Assembly: GCA_050115495.1 (NCBI GenBank)
Contig: JASFQK010000032.1
Span: 1-64,000, forward strand
Length of the DNA: 64,000 nt
Direction: 5' to 3'
From: Phycisphaerae bacterium
GTDB taxonomy: Bacteria > Planctomycetota > Phycisphaerae > UBA1845 > Fen-1342
The position numbers and the translations under genes are program-made. The notes beneath the pieces are model-generated. The model ran no database searches and was not told the DNA's origin. It saw only the letters and a program-made list of their open reading frames with translations. Positions 56,143 through 62,487 of the stretch are shown piece by piece; within the stretch, counting starts at the first letter, position 1; every line of letters starts with the position of its first letter.

Positions 56143-56553
56143 ATGGAAGGTACCGGCGGCGGCATTCTGGGACGCCTCGGCGAGAAGGTGCTCGGCTGGA
56201 TCGCCCTGGCGCTGATCGTCGCCCTCGGTTTCGGGCTCTACAAGATCGGCGCCCCAGGTCGGCAAGCACTCTGGGGGGCCATCTGGCGTACCAGTCTATG
56301 GGTGGCCGTGGTCGGCGCCCTGCCCTGGACGATCCGCCTGTTCATTCGGCGGATCCTGGAGCTGAGCTCGAACTGGGCCGGCGTGGCCGTAATTGGCTCC
56401 TACGTCGTGCTCGACGCCCTGCTGGGCGTCATCCTGCTGAACGGGTTTCCCGCCGGCGGGTGGGGCTGGTTGCTGACATTGGCCGCCCTGGCCCTCGCCG
56501 GCACGTATAATTTTCTGGTGGCGGAGTACCTGTCCGAGCAAACCGGCCTCTGA
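56143..56553 (+). CDS. Four-TM membrane protein, first gene of the ESCRT-like operon
   Basis: Four hydrophobic segments; TACACT at 56130-56135 lies just upstream of ATG 56143. Confidence 0.75.
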   Translation: MEGTGGGILGRLGEKVLGWIALALIVALGFGLYKIGAPGRQALWGAIWRTSLWVAVVGALPWTIRLFIRRILELSSNWAGVAVIGSYVVLDALLGVILLNGFPAGGWGWLLTLAALALAGTYNFLVAEYLSEQTGL

Positions 56554-56597
56554 GCGGCGTCGTGCCGCCAGAGCCGGGGATGGATGGACGGCGAGAC

Positions 56598-57659
56598 ATG
56601 ACCAAGTATCAGGCGGGTATGCGGATCAGCGAATACGTGCTGGAGAACTGCATCGGCTCCGGTACGTTCGGGGAGGTTTGGCAGGCCCGGCACCACGTCT
56701 GGGACAGCGAGCACGTCGCGGTCAAACTGCCGACCGAGCCGGAATACGTTCGTTACTTGCAGCGCGAGGGCGTGGTCGTTCACGGACTGCGCCACGCGAA
56801 CATCATCCGCGTCATTGGCTTCGACCCCTTCGCCGAGAATCCGTACCTGGTCATGGAGCTCGTCCGCGGCCCGTCGCTACGGCAGGTGATCGACGAGCAC
56901 CCCACCGGTCTGTCGATCGACGTCACGCTCTGCGTGCTCCGCGGCCTGCTGCGGGCCATGGAAGCCGCCCACGCCGGCGGCGTCCTGCACCGCGACCTCA
57001 AGCCCGGCAACGTCCTGCTCGACCTCAACGAGCGCCCCATCGAGGAGCTGACCGTCGACGACGTGAAGATCGGTGACTTCGGCCTCGGCGTGAAGAACGC
57101 CGAGTCGCTGCGCTCCATCGCCCAGTCCGCCTCGCTGGCCCGCGAGGACCAGTTGGTAGGCACGCTGGCGTACATGGCCTCCGAGGTGCGCGACGGCGAC
57201 CTGAAGCCCGACGCCCGGAGCGATCTGTACTCCGTCGGCGTTGTCCTGTTCGAAATGCTCACCGGTGAGCGGCCGGCCGGCGCCGAGCTGCCCAGCACGG
57301 TCCGGGCCCAGACGCCCCCCGGGCTGGACGAGGTATTCCGCCGGCTGTACGCCCGGCACGACCGCCGATACGAGAATGCCCGGGCGGTGCTGGACGATCT
57401 GGACGCGCGGTTGACCGTGAAGCGTCCATCTGTGGTGATGGTGCCGCCACCGCCGCCGCCGCGGCTGGGTGTGGTGGGCAAGCCCGACTACTGCCCGCGG
57501 TGTCAGCACGTGGTGGGTCCGGACGATCAATTCTGCACGCAGTGCCGGTACCAGTTGGTGCCGCACGTGCGGCGCTGCCCGTCGTGCGACGGCTATCCGG
57601 GGCTGCACGACCGCTTCTGCATCTTCTGCGGCGCAGCGCTGCCGGACGAGGAGGAGTAG
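56598..57659 (+). CDS. Soluble Hanks-type Ser/Thr protein kinase with C-terminal double zinc ribbon
   Basis: IGSGTFGEV, VAVK, HRDLKPGN, DFG, GTLAYMASE, DLYSVG; poly-Pro linker; CPRC...FCTQC and CPSC...FCIFC; no TM. Confidence 0.93.
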   Translation: MTKYQAGMRISEYVLENCIGSGTFGEVWQARHHVWDSEHVAVKLPTEPEYVRYLQREGVVVHGLRHANIIRVIGFDPFAENPYLVMELVRGPSLRQVIDEHPTGLSIDVTLCVLRGLLRAMEAAHAGGVLHRDLKPGNVLLDLNERPIEELTVDDVKIGDFGLGVKNAESLRSIAQSASLAREDQLVGTLAYMASEVRDGDLKPDARSDLYSVGVVLFEMLTGERPAGAELPSTVRAQTPPGLDEVFRRLYARHDRRYENARAVLDDLDARLTVKRPSVVMVPPPPPPRLGVVGKPDYCPRCQHVVGPDDQFCTQCRYQLVPHVRRCPSCDGYPGLHDRFCIFCGAALPDEEE

Positions 57660-57665
57660 CGTCCC

Positions 57666-57953
57666 GTGCTGCTGGCGGACAGCGTCATCCTGATCGTCTT
57701 CGGGTTGCTGTTGATCGGCATCATCGGGTTCTTCTTCATGTCGGTGGTGCTGGTGACCCGCTTCTTCCGCTTCGTGTTCCGACTGATGGCCGGCACGGGG
57801 CGGCCTCCGGTGCCGCCGATGCCGACGAAGCCAGTCCGCACCACGCCCTGCCCGGCCGAGCGCTGCGGCAACCCGAACCCGGTCGGAGCGCAGTACTGCG
57901 CCCGCTGCGGGCGACCCCTGGCCCGCGAGGCTGATCTCGATGCCTATGGATGA
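57666..57953 (+). CDS. Small membrane-anchored zinc-ribbon protein
   Basis: Long N-terminal hydrophobic helix, Pro-rich linker, CPAERCGNPNPVGAQYCARCG. Confidence 0.75.
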   Translation: MLLADSVILIVFGLLLIGIIGFFFMSVVLVTRFFRFVFRLMAGTGRPPVPPMPTKPVRTTPCPAERCGNPNPVGAQYCARCGRPLAREADLDAYG

Positions 57954-59388
57954 GCGCAGCCGGCTGCGACAGTTCGAGGAGCATTTCCACCAGCAACTGC
58001 GGACCCGCGCCGCCACGCTTCTGCGCGGCGCCCTGCCGGCCGACCGCCTCATCATCGAAGCCATGCCCGACGGCGTCGACACCGTGCGGGCCACGCTGAC
58101 CCGGCTCGAACGCTACGACCGCGACCTCGTCGAGCAACTCCCCGGCACGCGCACCGTGCAACTCCGCTTTCGGCGGAACGTGCTGGGCGGTCTGCTGTCG
58201 CGACCGGTGGCCCGGGTGCGGGCGCAGATGCTCGCTCCGCTCGAAGCCCTGGTCAGCGGAGAGGCCGTCGGCCCGATCGGTCGCGAGGCCGTCCTCGACG
58301 CCCTCGCCCGCTACGAGCTGATGCCGCGCAGCGAGCGTCCCACCGCGGTCATCTTCGCCAGCGCCACCGGCTTCACGCCCGAGGCGAAAGCCCTGGTCAG
58401 CGTCCCCGGCCCAGCCCGCCTGATCCTGATGAACGGGCGTGACGACGGCGGCTGGGACGTGGTCATGCCCGACGCCGTGCGCAGCGGACCCTGGGCGCGG
58501 CTGCTCGAGTTCGAATCGCAGGACGACCGCTTGCAGCGTTTGCGGTATCATCTGGACAAAAGCGCCACGTTGCTCGATTCGCGGGGCATCTCGATCGCCG
58601 AACTGGCCGAGCAGACCGGGCTGTCCCCCGAGCAAACCGAGGCCCTGATCCGCAAGGCCTGCCGGCTGGACTCGCGTCTGCTGACCGTGGTACATGAGAA
58701 CAGGGTCCATGTATGTCGCAGCCCCCTGAGCGATGAGAACAACGCCATGAGTATCTGGAGCCGAATCCGCCGGTTGTTGCGGCTCAAGCCCACCGCCGCC
58801 GAGCAGGTACGCACCCTGACGGTGCAGCGTGTGGCCCTGGAGCAGCAGCGTCACGAGGTGGATCAGAGGATCAGGGCGCTCGAGGCGGAGGAGTTGCAGG
58901 CCGTCCAGAGCGGTGCCGCCGCCAAGAGCAACGCCGAGCGCAAGCAGATCGCCGGACGGCTGGTGCGGGTGCGGCGTGACCTGCGCCGCGTGCGCTCGCA
59001 GGCCACCGTCTTCAGCCAGCAGATCGACATCCTGGGCACGCATATCCACAACCTGACGCTGGCCGAGCAGGGCCGGCGGCTGGAGCTGCCCAAGGCCGAG
59101 GAGCTGACCCGTCAGGCCGCGGAGGCCGAGCAGGTCGTCAGCGAGTTGGCCGCCAACGCCGAGTTGGCCGCCGGCATCGAGGTCGGAGCCACCACGCCGG
59201 AGATGGAAGAGGAGGAGGCCGCGATCATGGCGGAGTTCGCCCAGGTCGCCGCCGAGTCCGCTCCCGCGGCACCGGCGGCCGAAGCGACGCCCGCCGCGCC
59301 GGCCCCGGCCGAGGAGCAGCGCGCCCCGGCGGCAAAGGCCCCACCGTCCGCCGAAAACAAGGAGAAGGCCGGGCCCGAGATGGGCTAA
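57940..59388 (+). CDS. Multidomain protein: restriction-endonuclease-like (Mrr-cat-like) domain + winged helix + ESCRT-III/Snf7-like coiled coil
   Basis: GPIGREAV...VIFASATGFTPEAKAL...LILMNG; ISIAELAEQTGLSPEQTEALIRKA plus a beta wing; then MSIWSRIRRLL, a long helical hairpin and the acidic helix EMEEEEAAIMAEF. Start overlaps the upstream stop (ATG 57940 or 57946). The ORF is secure; the domain calls are by eye. Confidence 0.65.
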   Translation: MPMDERSRLRQFEEHFHQQLRTRAATLLRGALPADRLIIEAMPDGVDTVRATLTRLERYDRDLVEQLPGTRTVQLRFRRNVLGGLLSRPVARVRAQMLAPLEALVSGEAVGPIGREAVLDALARYELMPRSERPTAVIFASATGFTPEAKALVSVPGPARLILMNGRDDGGWDVVMPDAVRSGPWARLLEFESQDDRLQRLRYHLDKSATLLDSRGISIAELAEQTGLSPEQTEALIRKACRLDSRLLTVVHENRVHVCRSPLSDENNAMSIWSRIRRLLRLKPTAAEQVRTLTVQRVALEQQRHEVDQRIRALEAEELQAVQSGAAAKSNAERKQIAGRLVRVRRDLRRVRSQATVFSQQIDILGTHIHNLTLAEQGRRLELPKAEELTRQAAEAEQVVSELAANAELAAGIEVGATTPEMEEEEAAIMAEFAQVAAESAPAAPAAEATPAAPAPAEEQRAPAAKAPPSAENKEKAGPEMG

Positions 59389-59415
59389 GCGGGCCGCAGG
59401 AGAGCAGGCGAGGCC

Positions 59416-60024
59416 ATGAACTTCTTCACCTGGCTGACCACGAAGCGCAAGACCCTGGCGACGATGACGCTCACCGAGCTGCGCGCCCAGGAGATGATGC
59501 TCGAAAACGAGCGCAACCGGATGCAGACGCGCGTCACCAAGCTCGCTCGCGAGAAGCAGCAGATCATCGACCGCGGCGCCAAGGAGAAGACGCCCGAGCT
59601 GCGCCGCACCTTCGCCCAGCAATACGACCTGCTGCACACCGAGCAGATGATGCTCGCCCGCCACCTGAACATCCGCAGCAAGGAGTACCTCACCGTCGCC
59701 CGGCTGCGCATGCTCCGCGAGAACACGCAGCGGGCCGGCGTGGGCACCAGCGCCCGCACGCTCATCCGCGAGGGCGACCTGGCCGTCATCGAGCGCCTCA
59801 TCGAAAACGACCGCGTCTCCACCGAGGTCTACCAGGAGCGGCTCGACGAGATCCTGCGCCTCGGCCAGGAGGCGGACGAGGCCACGGCCGGCGTCTCCCC
59901 TGCCGCCGGCGAACTGCTCAAGATCTGGAACGACATGGATGCCGGACTGATCAAGGACACCGACGCCGCCTTCGACGAGGCCGAACGGCGCGTCCGCGAG
60001 CGCGAGAAGGCCGCCGACGCCTGA
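59416..60024 (+). CDS. ESCRT-III/Snf7-like coiled-coil protein
   Basis: 202 aa, all helical; amphipathic N-terminus MNFFTWL; basic N-terminal hairpin, acidic C-terminal half. Confidence 0.6.
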   Translation: MNFFTWLTTKRKTLATMTLTELRAQEMMLENERNRMQTRVTKLAREKQQIIDRGAKEKTPELRRTFAQQYDLLHTEQMMLARHLNIRSKEYLTVARLRMLRENTQRAGVGTSARTLIREGDLAVIERLIENDRVSTEVYQERLDEILRLGQEADEATAGVSPAAGELLKIWNDMDAGLIKDTDAAFDEAERRVREREKAADA

Positions 60025-60047
60025 CCCGCCACCTGCCGGAGATCACC

Positions 60048-60656
60048 ATGGGCCTGTTCAAGTCCAAAGAAGAACGCCGGATGGAACGCGATATGAAGAT
60101 CCGCCAGGGCATCCGGCGGATCGAGAAGGCCATCGCCGAGCAGAACAAGTTCACGGATGAGTTCGTCAAGAACGCCCGGCAGGCCCGGCAGATCGGCGAC
60201 ATGGCGTCGTACCAGTTCGTTCGCAACTCGCTGAAGAAGACGGCCACGATCAAGAAGCTGCTCGAACGGCAGCTCCTGGCCGTCAAGAACGCCCTGCTCA
60301 TCAAGCGCCAGGCCGAGGCCGGCGCCGATTTCGCCCAGGCCATGAGCACCATGGCCTCCGAGGTGAGCCGCCTCTACGGCGACACCGACCTCGTGAAGAC
60401 GCAAATGGACTGGGAAAAGGCCATGATGCAGTCGCAGTCGATGGAGGAGCGCATGCAGATGTTCCTCGACTCGATCGAGGAAGGGGCGGCGGCCGACGTG
60501 CGTGCCGCCGCGAGCGAGGCCATCTCCGACGAGGAGATCGACCGCATGATCGAGGCCGAGGAGCAGGTCGAGGACGCCCGCGAGGCTCAGCAGATGAGTG
60601 CCCTCCGTGCCGAGCTCGCCCAGCTCAAGAATCCCGGTGCGAAGGAAACCAAGTAA
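60048..60656 (+). CDS. ESCRT-III-like protein resembling the Vps2/Vps24/Did2 (CHMP1-3) class
   Basis: 202 aa; MGLFKSK start, basic helical hairpin, AQAMSTMASEVSRL...DLVKTQMDWEKAMMQSQSMEERMQMFLDSI, ISDEEIDRMI, and a terminal ALRAELAQLK (MIM1-like) helix. Confidence 0.72.
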   Translation: MGLFKSKEERRMERDMKIRQGIRRIEKAIAEQNKFTDEFVKNARQARQIGDMASYQFVRNSLKKTATIKKLLERQLLAVKNALLIKRQAEAGADFAQAMSTMASEVSRLYGDTDLVKTQMDWEKAMMQSQSMEERMQMFLDSIEEGAAADVRAAASEAISDEEIDRMIEAEEQVEDAREAQQMSALRAELAQLKNPGAKETK

Positions 60657-60693
60657 CCGCGGCCGGCCACGCCCCGCGGGGTGGACGACAGAC

Positions 60694-60876
60694 ATGAGCG
60701 ACTACGACGAACGACAATGGGGTGGCTTGCCGGCCCTGGGCCTGCTGGCGCTGGCCACGGCCCTGGCCTGGCTCTTCACCAACCCCTACCTGGGCTTCGT
60801 GATCGTCTTTGCCAGCGGCGTCGCCGTGCTGGCCGCCGTCGATTTCCTCCGGCGGCGCTCGCGGCCGCGTTCATAG
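60694..60876 (+). CDS. 60-aa two-TM membrane protein
   Basis: ATG at 60694; two hydrophobic helices and an Arg-rich tail; co-directional within the operon. Confidence 0.6.
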   Translation: MSDYDERQWGGLPALGLLALATALAWLFTNPYLGFVIVFASGVAVLAAVDFLRRRSRPRS

Positions 60877-60939
60877 AACCGAGGTTCGTCCGCGCGGCGG
60901 GCCTTCCCGGCGCGGTCTTTGCGGAGCAGGGCGGGCAAC

Positions 60940-62064
60940 ATGGCTGCAACTTTCGCCACGTTCAAGCGACTCAAGGACAAGGGCTTGACCGCCCTCAAGC
61001 AGGGTGACTACGTCACCGCCCGCCCCTACCTCATCCAGGCCGCCGAGTGCATGATCGAGATCGCCGAGGAGAACCGCGACGCGACGCAGCGTGCCGAACA
61101 GGAAGCCTACGCCCGCGAGCTGATCGATCTCGCCAAGGACTGCTCGCGCCGCTCGCGCGAGGGTGGCGGCGGCGGCCGTACCGGCGACCGCGCCCGTGAA
61201 GATGAAGAAGGCGGCGCGAGCGCCGACGACTGGATCGTCCGCGAGAAGCCCAATATCCACTTCACCGACATCGCAGGTCTGGAAGACGTCAAGGAAGAGA
61301 TCTACCTCAAGATGATCTACCCCTTCCGCCATCCGGAACTGGCGCAGCACTACGGCATCGACACCGGCGGCGGCCTGCTGCTCTACGGCCCGCCCGGCAC
61401 CGGCAAGACCATGATCGCCAAGGCCGTGGCCTGCGAGGTCGAGGCCACCATGTTCGTCATCAGCCCGGCCCAGATCATGAGCAAGTGGGTCGGCGAGGCC
61501 GAGCAGAACGTCCGCAAGCTGTTCGAGGCCGCCAAGGATGAAGAGAAGAGCGTCATCTTCATCGACGAGATCGAGGCGCTCGTGCCGGCCCGCCGCCGAT
61601 CCGACTCGACCGTCATGCAACGTGTCGTGCCGCAGATCCTCCAGGAGCTCGAGGGGTTCGACCGCCGGGCGGGGCGGGCCCTGATGTTCATGGGGGCGAC
61701 GAACGAGCCGTGGAGCCTCGACCGGGCGGTGATGCGGCCCGGGCGCTTCGACTCCCGCGTGTACGTTCCGCTGCCCGATCCGGCGGCCCGCTTCAAGCTG
61801 TTCGAGATCTACCTCGGCAAGCGGCCCCTGGAAGACGACGTCGATTTCGCGGCCCTCGTCGAGCAAACCAACGGCTACAGCGGGGCCGACATCAAGGCCA
61901 TCTGCACGCGTTCGGCAACTCGTCCGTTTTTGGAATCGGTTGGCGGCGCCGAACCACGTAAAATTAATATGGCGGACGTGCGGGAGACGATCGGCGAAGT
62001 TCTGCCGTCCGTCAGCTCGAAGGACTGCCAGAAGTACGAGGAGTGGGCGGCCACGATGGGCTGA
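60940..62064 (+). CDS. Vps4/CdvC-like single-domain AAA+ ATPase with N-terminal MIT-like three-helix domain
   Basis: N-terminal helices KGLTALKQGDYVTARPYLIQAAECM...YARELIDLAK; IVREKPNIHFTDIAGLEDVKEEI; GPPGTGKT; SKWVGEAE; IFIDEIE; GATNEPWSLD; GYSGADIK; C-terminal PSVSSKDCQKYEEW helix. Confidence 0.82.
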   Translation: MAATFATFKRLKDKGLTALKQGDYVTARPYLIQAAECMIEIAEENRDATQRAEQEAYARELIDLAKDCSRRSREGGGGGRTGDRAREDEEGGASADDWIVREKPNIHFTDIAGLEDVKEEIYLKMIYPFRHPELAQHYGIDTGGGLLLYGPPGTGKTMIAKAVACEVEATMFVISPAQIMSKWVGEAEQNVRKLFEAAKDEEKSVIFIDEIEALVPARRRSDSTVMQRVVPQILQELEGFDRRAGRALMFMGATNEPWSLDRAVMRPGRFDSRVYVPLPDPAARFKLFEIYLGKRPLEDDVDFAALVEQTNGYSGADIKAICTRSATRPFLESVGGAEPRKINMADVRETIGEVLPSVSSKDCQKYEEWAATMG

Positions 62065-62093
62065 ACTCCCGTCAGGTATACGGAGGACGAGCC

Positions 62094-62456
62094 ATGCCAC
62101 GACAACCGGTTCGCGACGTGCCGGGTCTGCGGCGATGCCCGTCCCCTACCTGCGATGGCCTGAACCCGGCGCGGGCCCGCTACTGCGGGCAGTGCGGATG
62201 TGCGCTGTACCGGCCGCCGGCCGCGGTCGCGCGCCAGGCGCCGATCAGCGCCGGCGTCGCGTATGGGCTGTGGGCGCTGTGTTTGGCCGGGGCGGCGGGG
62301 ATCCACCGCTTCTACCTCGGCCGGTACGTCACCGGGGCCGTTTGGCTGCTGACCTGGGGTCTGCTGGGCGTTGGATCGTTCTTCGACCTGTTCCTGATCC
62401 CCGGCATGGTCGAGAAGCAGAATCGCGATTGGGCGGCGGCGGGCTGGACGAACTGA
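62094..62456 (+). CDS. Zinc ribbon + TM2 domain protein
   Basis: GGAGG RBS; CPSPTCDGLNPARARYCGQCG; AYGLW...GIHRFYLGR...LLTWGLLGVGSFFDLFLIPGMV TM2 signature. Confidence 0.88.
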   Translation: MPRQPVRDVPGLRRCPSPTCDGLNPARARYCGQCGCALYRPPAAVARQAPISAGVAYGLWALCLAGAAGIHRFYLGRYVTGAVWLLTWGLLGVGSFFDLFLIPGMVEKQNRDWAAAGWTN

Positions 62457-62487
62457 GGCCGCCGCGCCGGAAGGAGCGAATCGCCGA

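Noticed and set aside
57940..58500. Active Mrr-type restriction or defence nuclease
   Set aside because: Only the structural half of the motif is visible. No catalytic (D/E/Q)xK was found and no methylase is nearby, so it is kept only as a nuclease-like fold.
57736..59664. 642-aa - strand ORF across the ESCRT-like genes
   Set aside because: Antisense shadow; the + strand genes have coherent start signals, coupling and motifs.
59416..60656. Canonical pspA/vipp1 annotation
   Set aside because: No PspA-type EDPxxxLxQ motif and no pspBC/pspF context. Helix patterns and the adjacent MIT-like ATPase fit the Snf7/CHMP side better, pending profile searches.
60940..62064. FtsH, Cdc48 or proteasomal ATPase call
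   Set aside because: No TM or protease domain, only one AAA module, and no OB/coiled-coil N-domain or HbYX tail.
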